From a virus, in IMG/VR virus record IMGVR_UViG_3300043178_000071, positions 1 to 43,511 of that record: a DNA stretch of 43,511 bases; one strand, written 5' to 3'. The notes under the pieces were generated by a model that saw only the letters and a program-made list of their open reading frames with translations, ran no database searches and was not told the origin of the DNA. The position numbers were made by a program, and so were the translations under genes. The stretch's first letter is position 1; the number at the start of each line of letters is the position of its first letter. Shown here in pieces: positions 23,288-32,161 of the stretch.

Positions 23288-23860
23288 ATGTCTCCCGTCA
23301 TCGGTGAATTTCACGGCCACTATTGGAATCTGAGCGACAGCTACGCCGCACCGGTCGCGCCTGCCGGCCGCGGTGGGTATCCGGCCTGGCAGTCCGCGGT
23401 CACGTCGATGATCGTATTTGGTCCGCCGCTCGATGTGATGCGGGATCTGTGGCGCCGGCTGCGCTGGCTCGTCCGGCTCCTGGTCTGGGGCTGGCGGGTC
23501 CCCCACGAAGAGCGGGACTGGGCGCTCCTGACGCTCCGCCAGGTCCGGGCGCTCGGACGCGAGGAACGGGCCGTGGTGGGGCAGGCACTGACCCTCATGG
23601 CCTCGCCGACCTGGCCGACGGCCCGGGTCATTGTGCGGACCACGGCACAGACGCTCGGGTTTAACCGTCCGGAAGCGTGGCTCCCCTATGCGCGGGCCCT
23701 CAAGGCCGAACCGGGGCAGGCGGAGAACACCTTCCGACACCTCAAGTCGGTGCATGATCTCAAGGCCCAGGCCCAGGCGGCGAGTTCCACGGTGACGAAT
23801 CCGCAGGCGCACTTTCTGATCGAATTGGCCTATCAGGGCTTTGCGGCGATGGGGCGGTAG
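23288..23860 (+). CDS. Hypothetical protein (190 aa)
   Basis: An ORF in the structural block. Confidence 0.6.
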   Translation: MSPVIGEFHGHYWNLSDSYAAPVAPAGRGGYPAWQSAVTSMIVFGPPLDVMRDLWRRLRWLVRLLVWGWRVPHEERDWALLTLRQVRALGREERAVVGQALTLMASPTWPTARVIVRTTAQTLGFNRPEAWLPYARALKAEPGQAENTFRHLKSVHDLKAQAQAASSTVTNPQAHFLIELAYQGFAAMGR

Positions 23861-23863
23861 ACG

Positions 23864-25198
23864 ATGGCCTTCAGTAACATCGCCGGGGCAGAACCCAGCA
23901 CGGTCACCTTCCGGGTCGGGACGGTCGTCATTGACCGCGGGTCGACGACGGAACATCAGGAAATCCTCGTCCTCGGTGACCCCAACACGTCAAACGCGCA
24001 GGCGGCCGTGCTCAATACGGCACCGGCCTCGACGGCATGGGGTGTGATCGCGCGCATCGCTGGCGATGTGCGGGCGGTGCCCCCTTCGACCGCGGCGGAT
24101 AACCCGGTCGTCGCGTCACAGACCGGCACCTGGACCGTGAACCTCGGGGCGCAGGTGCTGTCGAGTGCGACGCCGGCCGGGAACTCCTCCGCCGTGGTGG
24201 TCCGGGTCGCAGGCGGCCCGTCGTCGGCCGTCGATTTGGTGATGCGGCCCGTGTTTTCGTCGACGGGGACGGATAACCCCGTCAGTGCGGCGCAAGCGTC
24301 GACCGTCTGGGCCGTGCAGGCGGCCCCCATAAACATCGCGACTCCCGTGTCATCGGCCGCGCCGGCCTCTGGGTCGTCGGCCGTCGTTGTGCGGCAGGTC
24401 GGGATGACCTTCGACAGCAGTAACGCGCTGCAGGTCAACGTCGTGGACGGCACGATTACGGCCTCCACGACGGCTGGGGTTCATTCGTCACTGGTCTCGA
24501 TTGCGGGGGCCTATCTGTCCAGCGCGGCGGTCGCGGCGAATTCGTCGGCACTCAATGTGCGAGTCGTCGGCGGGGCATCGTCGGGCGCGGACTTCCCGGT
24601 CAGCGGGACCGTGATCGCGCGTCCGGGTGATACCAATTGGGCCTCATCGGCCGGATTCCACTTCGACAGCTCGGGGGCGCTCCAGATTACCGGGGCGTCG
24701 AATTCGACGATGGTCACGGTGCGTCAGTCAACCGCGGCCGACTTGCAGGCGACCGTCACGCCAGCCTCGACGACCTGGGCGGTGCAGGCGGCGATCACGC
24801 AGCCGATCTCGACCGCCACCCCGGCGCATGGGTCGTCGGCCGTTCTCGTGCGGCAAGTGATCAGCAGCCTGCAGTCGGCGACGGTGGAAGTCACGTCGTC
24901 GAATTCGACGGCGCTCTATACCGTGCTGAGTTCGGCGGCGGTCGCGCAACGGGTGTTTGCGTTCAGTATCACGAGCACCGCGGCGGTGCCTTCGACGCTC
25001 CTCTTCATGACCGCTTCCACGACACATCTCTGGGGCGTAGGTTTTGGCAGTGGGTCGTCGGGTGTGACGGGCGCGAATCTCGCGGTCGCGCCGCCGGGCT
25101 TTCTGTTCGCGGCGGCGGCGGGGGAAGCGTTGCAGTGTGTCATTCAGGCGGCCTCGACTGGGCAGAGCGCTCGGATTTCGGTGAGCTGGTTGACGTAA
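23864..25198 (+). CDS. Ser/Thr/Ala/Val-rich repeat-containing virion protein (444 aa)
   Basis: The motif SSA-x-x-VR-x-V occurs five times (aa 108, 171, 227, 281, 324), and ST(V/T)WAVQAA occurs twice. Confidence 0.65.
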   Translation: MAFSNIAGAEPSTVTFRVGTVVIDRGSTTEHQEILVLGDPNTSNAQAAVLNTAPASTAWGVIARIAGDVRAVPPSTAADNPVVASQTGTWTVNLGAQVLSSATPAGNSSAVVVRVAGGPSSAVDLVMRPVFSSTGTDNPVSAAQASTVWAVQAAPINIATPVSSAAPASGSSAVVVRQVGMTFDSSNALQVNVVDGTITASTTAGVHSSLVSIAGAYLSSAAVAANSSALNVRVVGGASSGADFPVSGTVIARPGDTNWASSAGFHFDSSGALQITGASNSTMVTVRQSTAADLQATVTPASTTWAVQAAITQPISTATPAHGSSAVLVRQVISSLQSATVEVTSSNSTALYTVLSSAAVAQRVFAFSITSTAAVPSTLLFMTASTTHLWGVGFGSGSSGVTGANLAVAPPGFLFAAAAGEALQCVIQAASTGQSARISVSWLT

Positions 25199-25202
25199 GG
25201 CG

Positions 25203-25985
25203 ATGGCCACCTTCTCGACGCTCACCGGACGCCTGCTCGACCAGGAACTCGGCACCGATGACAGCACGGTGCTGTTCACGTCCGCTCGACGGGAGGCTGG
25301 GGTGAACGACGGCCAGCGCGAGTTCGCGCGCCTCACCGAATGCCTCAGGATCCGGTCTTCGATCACGCTGACCGGCGGGACAGCGGAATATGACCTGAAC
25401 TCCACGACCGTGCTCCCTTCACTGCGTTTTCAGCAGTGGACTGCGGTCCCGGTCGAGTTCCGCTATACCGATGCGTCCTCGGCGGTGACCGTCCTGGCGG
25501 GCGACGACTTGCCCCGGCGGACCGTGGACTGGCTACATCGTTATGAACCGGGCTGGACGGACTCTACCTTTACGAGCGGCAGTCCGCAGGTGCCGACCGT
25601 CTGGTATGAACGCTGGAACGGACCGCAGCGGCTGCTCGGCTTCTATCCCACGCCTTCCTCGGGTTCGTCGGCGCTGATGGAAGCCCGGGTGACCTATATC
25701 GGCCAGCCCGACGACTTGAGTTCGACCGGGGCTGAGCCGTTTACCATCAACTCGTCGGTGCGCTACGACTTGCGCCCCTATCATCAAGCGCTCGTGCATT
25801 ATGCGGCGCACCAGCTCGAAAAACTGCGCCGGGACGACCAGGCGTCGGATCGGCAACTGCAGAAATTCCTCGGATATGTGGCGCAGTATTGGCGCGATCA
25901 TCGCGTCCGTGGGGGGACGCATCTGGCCCCCGCCCGTCAGTATTTCCGTCGCGGGAGTGACCGCGGCACGGACCCGCGTACATGA
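25203..25985 (+). CDS. Possible head-tail adaptor / tail tubular A-like protein (260 aa)
   Basis: Based on position before the nozzle-sized gene, and on size only. Confidence 0.35.
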   Translation: MATFSTLTGRLLDQELGTDDSTVLFTSARREAGVNDGQREFARLTECLRIRSSITLTGGTAEYDLNSTTVLPSLRFQQWTAVPVEFRYTDASSAVTVLAGDDLPRRTVDWLHRYEPGWTDSTFTSGSPQVPTVWYERWNGPQRLLGFYPTPSSGSSALMEARVTYIGQPDDLSSTGAEPFTINSSVRYDLRPYHQALVHYAAHQLEKLRRDDQASDRQLQKFLGYVAQYWRDHRVRGGTHLAPARQYFRRGSDRGTDPRT

Positions 25986-26206
25986 CGGTCGGGTGGGCCT
26001 GTGGACATCGGGCATCGATGGACACGGCTGTCCAGGCCTATCCGCGGTGTCCCGTGTGCGGGAGTGACCGGGTGACGCGCGTCGACGCACCGGCCCCACG
26101 TTTTACGGGGGTGGCGCAGGGGCCGTCGGTGACACCCGACGCCTTGCCCGCGATCGCCGTGGACCTGGCCCCTGGCGGGGCCTTGCGGATCAAGGAGACA
26201 CGCTGA
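25982..26206 (+). CDS. Small zinc-ribbon-like protein (74 aa)
   Basis: ATGA overlap at the start. The peptide contains CGH...CPVCGSDRV. Confidence 0.5.
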   Translation: MTVGWACGHRASMDTAVQAYPRCPVCGSDRVTRVDAPAPRFTGVAQGPSVTPDALPAIAVDLAPGGALRIKETR

Positions 26207-26703
26207 TGCCGATCGGAATGACGTTTGCGCCTACGCAGCACGGGCCCGGCCAGATGGCCGGTCAGCGGGACGACCAGGCCCGTGGCCCGTCGCCCATTCA
26301 GCAGGCCATCAAGGTCCTGAACTTGCGCCTGCCCACGGTGCATGGGGCCCGGGGAATTGCGCCGGCTCCGCTCTTGGCGGCGCCGGGGTCGGCCGGCGTA
26401 CCAGGTGTGCCTGGGGCGCTGGGGCTCGAGCAGATGCTCGCCTTGTTGTTCGGGGCGCTGCGGCAGCAGGGCGGGGGGGTGGCCCAGCCGGGGGTCGCGC
26501 CGATGCCGGTCAGTCCGAGCGGACAGGTGTCCGTGCCGGGCCTGCAGGTGCCGGTGCCGAGCGCCGCGCCGCCGCCGAGCGCCGCGCCGCCGCCGAAGAT
26601 TACGCCGGGGATCCAGGCCCCGGCTCCGGCTCCGACGACATCGCCCACGCAGCCCTTGACGACGGCGACGTTTAACCGGCCGTCGATTTTCCGGCGAGGG
26701 TAA
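26206..26703 (+). CDS. Pro/Ala/Gly-rich protein (165 aa)
   Basis: The ATG overlaps the upstream stop. The sequence is low-complexity (APPPSAAPPP). Confidence 0.5.
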   Translation: MPIGMTFAPTQHGPGQMAGQRDDQARGPSPIQQAIKVLNLRLPTVHGARGIAPAPLLAAPGSAGVPGVPGALGLEQMLALLFGALRQQGGGVAQPGVAPMPVSPSGQVSVPGLQVPVPSAAPPPSAAPPPKITPGIQAPAPAPTTSPTQPLTTATFNRPSIFRRG

Positions 26704-26706
26704 GGG

Positions 26707-28626
26707 GTGCCGACGTCCGCCAAGACCGTTCCCGCACGGGTGGGCAAAGCCTACCAACTGCTGCCGGTCATTGGACCGTCGGCCGGGGTCGATCTGCGGA
26801 CGTCCCCGACGCTGTTGCACCCCGAGCAGGCCCGCGAGTTAGTGAACTTCTCGCTGACCGAACCGGGGGCCCTGGTCGTGCGGCCGGGCTGGCAGGTGTT
26901 TTCCACGTCCGTGTTGGGGTCCGGTCGGCCGCAAGGCGCGGTGCGCGTCTACCTCAATACGGCCATTCCGGCGGCCGCCTCGACGCAGTTCACGCTGCTC
27001 GGCTGGCATGGTGGCCTCTATCTGCAAACGGATTCGGGCGGCTGGGCGTCGACCACGCCCGTTCTGTCGGGCCTCAGCACGTCGGCCGTGTTCTCTTTCC
27101 CCTATGACCGCGACCTCGTGGGACTCATGGACGGCAGCAACACGCCGTTCAAGTCGACGAACGGCTCGAGCTGGACGAAGCTCGGGATCGCGGCCAGTTC
27201 GACCGGGCCCACGCTGTCGTCACTCTCGACGGGGGGCCTGTCCAGCGGGGATTATGAAGTGACGTGGACGTATAAGGACCGCGACCTGTCACATGAGTCG
27301 AACGGCGCGACGGCCTCCACGATCACCCTCTCGGCGAGCAGCGGCGCGATCAAGGTCGTCGTCGACAATTCGACCGATCCCCAAGTCGACGCGCTTGTGT
27401 TCTATGCGCGGAAGGTGTCGGCGGGCGAAACCATCCTCCGGAAGATTTCGAGTCAGGCCCAGTCCGCCGGGGCGACGTCCACCGCGATCATTACGTCCAC
27501 GACCTGGACCACGAATGACGAAGTGCCGATAGACCATGATGCGCCGCCCGTGCTGTCGTTCGGGGTGGTCTGGAAGAATCGCTGGTGGGCACGCAGCGCG
27601 ACAGTTACCAACCGCCTGCACTTCACCCAGCTCTTTCAGCCGCAATCGTGGCCGGGGCTGTTCTACATCGACATGCCGTTCGAACGCGGGGATGCCATTG
27701 TTGCGCTCGTGCCGTTGGGCGATACGCTGCTCGTGTTCGGGCATACGAAGATTTTCGTCATTCTCGGGCAAACTTCACTCGATTTCGAAGTGCGGCCGAC
27801 TCTCGCGAGTGAAGATGGCGCGTTGGGACAGAACGCCGTCGTGCCGATTGAAAACGGGGTGGTGCATGCCGGCGCGACCGGAATCTACATCTTCGACGGC
27901 GCGACGGACCGCCTGCTGTCGTTCGATATCGAACCGGCATGGCAGGACTACATTGCCCAGGCGAGCGCGACCGAACTGGCCACCACGCCGATGGTCTATC
28001 ACCAAAACGAAAAGGAACTCCGGATTGCCGTCAGTCGGCGGTATCCCAGCGGGACGCGCGGCGAGTGGGTCATGGACCTGAACCGCACGCGGACGACCGA
28101 ACGCCCGGCCTGGACGGCCACGGATCGCACCGTGGGCGGCTATTGCCTCTGGAACGGCCCGGAGCCGACGGTGGGCAACCGGCAACGTCTGTTTTCGTAT
28201 CACTCATCGCAGGCCCAACTGGTCGAAGAAGCCACGGGCACGACGGCGAACGGCGGGCATATGACGGCGACCTATGAAGGGCCGGGTCTGACGCTCGGGA
28301 CGCATCGCGGGCGCTGGGTCGATCTGCGGGGGGAGTATGAGCCACATGCGGGCGCGTGCTCCATTGAGCCGGTCGTCGATGGGGTGTCGCAAGGCACACA
28401 AAGTGTTGCCATCGGGACGGGCCTGGCGGCCTATGGCAGCGGGACGTATGGGTCCGCGACGTATGCCGGGACGGGGCGGCGGCAGTTTCATCGCATGTTG
28501 CCGCTCGGCGCGGACGGGCGGACGTTCGTCCTGAAACTAACCTACACCGGCCAAGAAGCCTTCCGGCTCTATTCCTACCATCCTGGGCTGGTGCCGGAAA
28601 CGGCCAGCCGGGCGTTTTCGGAGTAA
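26707..28626 (+). CDS. Large tail protein (639 aa; nozzle / tail tubular B-like by position)
   Basis: GTG start. The call rests on size and position in a podovirus-like order. Confidence 0.4.
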   Translation: MPTSAKTVPARVGKAYQLLPVIGPSAGVDLRTSPTLLHPEQARELVNFSLTEPGALVVRPGWQVFSTSVLGSGRPQGAVRVYLNTAIPAAASTQFTLLGWHGGLYLQTDSGGWASTTPVLSGLSTSAVFSFPYDRDLVGLMDGSNTPFKSTNGSSWTKLGIAASSTGPTLSSLSTGGLSSGDYEVTWTYKDRDLSHESNGATASTITLSASSGAIKVVVDNSTDPQVDALVFYARKVSAGETILRKISSQAQSAGATSTAIITSTTWTTNDEVPIDHDAPPVLSFGVVWKNRWWARSATVTNRLHFTQLFQPQSWPGLFYIDMPFERGDAIVALVPLGDTLLVFGHTKIFVILGQTSLDFEVRPTLASEDGALGQNAVVPIENGVVHAGATGIYIFDGATDRLLSFDIEPAWQDYIAQASATELATTPMVYHQNEKELRIAVSRRYPSGTRGEWVMDLNRTRTTERPAWTATDRTVGGYCLWNGPEPTVGNRQRLFSYHSSQAQLVEEATGTTANGGHMTATYEGPGLTLGTHRGRWVDLRGEYEPHAGACSIEPVVDGVSQGTQSVAIGTGLAAYGSGTYGSATYAGTGRRQFHRMLPLGADGRTFVLKLTYTGQEAFRLYSYHPGLVPETASRAFSE

Positions 28627-28629
28627 CCC

Positions 28630-29148
28630 ATGGCGGCCAGTTATCCCGGTGCGGTCAAGACCTTTAGTAATCGGGCCAGTGGGCATACGATTGAAGCCGC
28701 GCACATCAACGATCTGCAGGATGAAGTCACCGCGATCGAAGACGGGCTCCTGAATGGCACCGCGCCGCTCACCAGCAGCAATGCCAGCGTGGCGCTGCTC
28801 ACGGCCCGGCGGCTCACGCTGTCGAGCGCCGCGCCCGCCACGCCTGCCGCGCAAACCGTCTACACTAATTCGATCATCAAGGCCTGGGCTCAGGTCTCCT
28901 CGGCGGGCCCCTTGCTGGATTCCTTCAATATGTCCAGCGTCACGCATCCGTCATCGGGGCTCTATCAATTGCAATTCGCGACGGCCCTGCAAAGCAGCGC
29001 CTTTGCGGTGGTCGCCACGCCGCGGACGAGCGCGGTGTCGATCAGTCTAGCCGTGGTCAGCCAGGCATCCACAGGCATTCAGGTCCAGGTGTCGTCGGGC
29101 ACGGTCCCCGATGACGTGCCGTTTAGCGTCATGGTCGTCGGACTCTAA
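28630..29148 (+). CDS. Tail fibre protein (conserved fibre N-terminal motif)
   Basis: YPGAVKTFSNRASGHTIEAAHINDLQDEVTAIEDGL is the widespread fibre/hyaluronidase-type N-terminal motif (..I.A.H.N.LQDE..AIE..LG). Confidence 0.6.
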   Translation: MAASYPGAVKTFSNRASGHTIEAAHINDLQDEVTAIEDGLLNGTAPLTSSNASVALLTARRLTLSSAAPATPAAQTVYTNSIIKAWAQVSSAGPLLDSFNMSSVTHPSSGLYQLQFATALQSSAFAVVATPRTSAVSISLAVVSQASTGIQVQVSSGTVPDDVPFSVMVVGL

Positions 29149-29151
29149 CGC

Positions 29152-29508
29152 ATGGCTTCGAAGGGCTACATCGCCACGCTCTTGAACCGGCTGGACCCGG
29201 AAGTCAAGCAAACGCTAATCCCCGCGTTCGACCATCTGCTCGACACCTGGAAACTCGGCACGGGGGTCAAGGCCGCCAATGCCGCGTGGTATCGGTTCAG
29301 TAGCACGACGGCCGCCGACGCGAACACGGAGTTTTCGATTGAACATGGGCTCAATCAAGTGCCGACGCAGGTCGTGCCGTTTCTCGATTTGTCGCAGGTC
29401 AATAGTGCCCTGCCGAGTTTGACCGTGAGCCGCGCGCCGGACACGCGGCGGATCTATCTGTCGAGTCCTAGCACGTCGGTCGTCTTTAGCGTGTTTGTGG
29501 AGGTGTGA
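29152..29508 (+). CDS. Hypothetical tail-associated protein (118 aa)
   Basis: An ORF in the tail block. Confidence 0.55.
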   Translation: MASKGYIATLLNRLDPEVKQTLIPAFDHLLDTWKLGTGVKAANAAWYRFSSTTAADANTEFSIEHGLNQVPTQVVPFLDLSQVNSALPSLTVSRAPDTRRIYLSSPSTSVVFSVFVEV

Positions 29509-30344
29509 TGACCAAAGCGGCGATCATCGGCACGGCCCCGTCCTGGAAACTGACACCGTGGGCGGACCAGGACCGGCTGCTGGTGTCCCTCAATGACGCC
29601 TATCGGATGGACGGCTTTGTCCGCGCGGATCGCTGGTATGACTTGCATCCGCTTGACAAGTTCGTGAGCGTGCCGCCCAAGGCGCTGGTTTACCCGCACC
29701 AAGTGCCCCCGGGACATTACGTGCGCCCTGCCGACCATCTGCAGTGGCTGTCTCGGCAGGCCATCCCCGTGTATCTACATCCGGGTCATGGCGTGCAGTG
29801 CCCCGCATCGGCCACCTGGCCGACCGCGCGGGCCTTTCCGCGGGACGCCATTGTCGAGCACTTCGGGCGGTACTTCACTTCATCACCGGCTTGGATGCTG
29901 GCGCATCTGCTGATGGAGGGGTATACGGACATCCGCATTTACGGGATTCATCTCGCCACGCAACATGAATATCTTGAGCAACGGCCACAGTTCGAGTTCT
30001 TGATCGGGCGCGCGCTCGGGGCGGGAAAGCTGACCGAGACGGTCGCGGATGGGATGCGGTATTACGAGACTTCGCAGGCGGTCATTGGGTTGCCGCAGGC
30101 CTCCCCAGTCCTGACGAGCGACTTCCAATATGCCTTCGAACCCCGGCCGCAGTCATTTCTCGCGGGGCTCGAATGGGACTTGCACCGCTATACGGTCAAG
30201 CGGGATCGGGCGGTCGCGCAGCTCGCCACGCGGCCCTGGTGGCAGACGCCAGTCACGGTGCAGCGGGAATTAGCACTGTGGGATGCCTACATCGGGCACA
30301 CCCGCGACCGGCTGAACCGCGCGACCACGACGTGGCGGGGGTGA
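29505..30344 (+). CDS. Hypothetical 279-aa protein, weak resemblance to Maf/DUF115-type (nonulosonate) glycosyltransferases
   Basis: KAAIIGTAPSW can be compared with the (I/V)-x-G-x-G-PS-L motif, and SSPAWMLAHLLMEGYTDIRIYGIHL with the ..A..lG...I.l.G.D. motif. This is a pattern impression only. Confidence 0.3.
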   Translation: MMTKAAIIGTAPSWKLTPWADQDRLLVSLNDAYRMDGFVRADRWYDLHPLDKFVSVPPKALVYPHQVPPGHYVRPADHLQWLSRQAIPVYLHPGHGVQCPASATWPTARAFPRDAIVEHFGRYFTSSPAWMLAHLLMEGYTDIRIYGIHLATQHEYLEQRPQFEFLIGRALGAGKLTETVADGMRYYETSQAVIGLPQASPVLTSDFQYAFEPRPQSFLAGLEWDLHRYTVKRDRAVAQLATRPWWQTPVTVQRELALWDAYIGHTRDRLNRATTTWRG

Positions 30345-30348
30345 CACA

Positions 30349-31044
30349 ATGGCGAAAGATCTTAGCGGTGATCTCGCACGACAAATCAATACCCTGATTG
30401 CCAGCGACCCGGAACTCCAGCGGTTAGCGCAGGCCGTGAACGCCACGGGTGTGTTTTCCGCAGACGGCCAACGGGCGCGGATCGCGTTCTTCGAGGCCAT
30501 GGCGGCGCGGGGTATCCGGTTGCCCGAGGACTATAACTGGCGCTTCGATCCGTCGCTCGGCACGTCCGTGGACATTACCCGCGACAATTTTTTTGAACGG
30601 AACAAGGACTGGATTCTGCCCGTGGCCGTGGGGAGCGTGACGGGTCTGGGCCTGGCGGGCGTCGGGGGCGGGGCGACCGGAACCGCCTCGGCCATGAATC
30701 TGGGCCCGACACTAGCGGGCGGCGGTGCGGTGACGCCTCCCGCGCCGCCCGCCGGTCTGACCGTGCCGACCACCGGGGCCGCGAGTGGGGGTATCGGTGG
30801 TGCGCTGGCGAGTCTGCCGTCATGGCTGGGCCCGGCCATCACGGCAGCTACACCGGTCATCGGCCGCGCCGTGATGGGTGGGGGCCCGGCCTCCGGGCCG
30901 ACGACCGGAGCGGTCGGCGTGCCCCCGGAACTCTCCGAATTGTTACAGGACGCGATGCGGCGGATGCGGTCGCAGGAGCCGCTCTTTCAGGCCACGACTC
31001 GGCAAGCCTTTGCTGGGCTGCCGGATTATGTGAAGCGAGGCTGA
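30349..31044 (+). CDS. Gly/Ala/Pro-rich internal virion-like protein (231 aa)
   Basis: Position and composition. Confidence 0.45.
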   Translation: MAKDLSGDLARQINTLIASDPELQRLAQAVNATGVFSADGQRARIAFFEAMAARGIRLPEDYNWRFDPSLGTSVDITRDNFFERNKDWILPVAVGSVTGLGLAGVGGGATGTASAMNLGPTLAGGGAVTPPAPPAGLTVPTTGAASGGIGGALASLPSWLGPAITAATPVIGRAVMGGGPASGPTTGAVGVPPELSELLQDAMRRMRSQEPLFQATTRQAFAGLPDYVKRG

Positions 31045-31048
31045 GCCC

Positions 31049-32161
31049 ATGTCCCTCTTTGCGCTCGCCCATCGTTCGACCATGACGCAACCCGTCGCGG
31101 ACTCGCCGCTGGTCAGGCCCAATCATGCGGGCACGCCGATCACTGAGACGACCGCAACGCGGACGACGCCGATCAGTATCTGGCCCCGGCCAACGGTGAC
31201 TCCCACGACGCCCACCCCGGCCGAGAGTGCGCCGCCCACAGCCCCCAGTACGCCGATCTGGGATTACACCCAACTGCCGGGGTCGCTGCAGGACGCGGTG
31301 ACCTACGCCAATCAGATTGCCTATGAGGGCCAGCCGCACAACACGGCGGACTATTGGGCATCGCACTGGGCGACAGACCCTCATTACACCTGGCAACGCA
31401 TGCTCGGGTATCTGGCGGGCGGGTCCGATGTGGCGCGCGGCGGGCCCTATGCCGGGCAGGACTTCGGGACGCAGGGCTATGGGTCTGGCGGCGGCAGTGC
31501 TGACGCGGGGTCGATGTTCTCGGGGCTCGCGTCCGCCTCCGGCGGCGGGACCAGCGGTGGCAGTCAACCTTCCGGACTGGCTCGTGGGTTCTCGGGCACC
31601 GGCACTGTGTTCTCCGACCCGGCCACGATGGACTGGGAGGCCCTACTGCGGCAGGTCACAGGGCAACTAACCACGCCGCGCCCACTGGGCTACACGCCGA
31701 GTCAGTTGGAACTGTTCCAGACGCAGCAGCTCGACCCGCTGACCCGCGCACGCGACGCGCAGAAGCAACGCGCCATCGAACAGTATGCGGCGATGGGCCA
31801 TACGATGACCTCGGGCCCGCTCCAGGCGGCCCTGCTGGAGATTGATCGGCAGTTTGCAGAGTTGATGACTCAGGCGCAGGCCGGGATTGCGCGGGGAGCG
31901 GTTGGCCTCGAAGATGAACGGTTCGCCGGCAATGAGCAACGGGCACTGCAGGCGGTGAACCTGATGGGGCAGATTCCGGCGTTGGCGGATAGCCGACTCG
32001 CCGCGGCGAATCAAACCCTGATCCCGTCGAATCCGCTGCAACTCCTCAATTTGCAACAGCAGTTTCAGCAACAAGCGTTGGCGCAAGCGAACATGCAGCG
32101 TCAACAGGACGCGCAATTCTGGGCCATGCTGGCGAGTCTGCTCGGGGAGATTTTCGCGTGA
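31049..32161 (+). CDS. Internal virion / ejection-like protein (370 aa)
   Basis: Based on position, with a Gln-rich helical C-terminus. Confidence 0.45.
   Translation: MSLFALAHRSTMTQPVADSPLVRPNHAGTPITETTATRTTPISIWPRPTVTPTTPTPAESAPPTAPSTPIWDYTQLPGSLQDAVTYANQIAYEGQPHNTADYWASHWATDPHYTWQRMLGYLAGGSDVARGGPYAGQDFGTQGYGSGGGSADAGSMFSGLASASGGGTSGGSQPSGLARGFSGTGTVFSDPATMDWEALLRQVTGQLTTPRPLGYTPSQLELFQTQQLDPLTRARDAQKQRAIEQYAAMGHTMTSGPLQAALLEIDRQFAELMTQAQAGIARGAVGLEDERFAGNEQRALQAVNLMGQIPALADSRLAAANQTLIPSNPLQLLNLQQQFQQQALAQANMQRQQDAQFWAMLASLLGEIFA

Noticed and set aside
23864-25198. Internal repeats as a diversity-generating retroelement template/variable repeat pair.
   Set aside because: The repeat copies differ at all base types, not specifically at adenines. 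No reverse transcriptase or accessory gene is present anywhere in the window.
26206-26703. The Pro-rich and Gly/Ala-rich low-complexity genes (also 30349..31044) as collagen-like or mobile-element remnants.
   Set aside because: They lack Gly-X-Y periodicity and DNA-level repeats. They are in-frame, coupled members of the structural operon.
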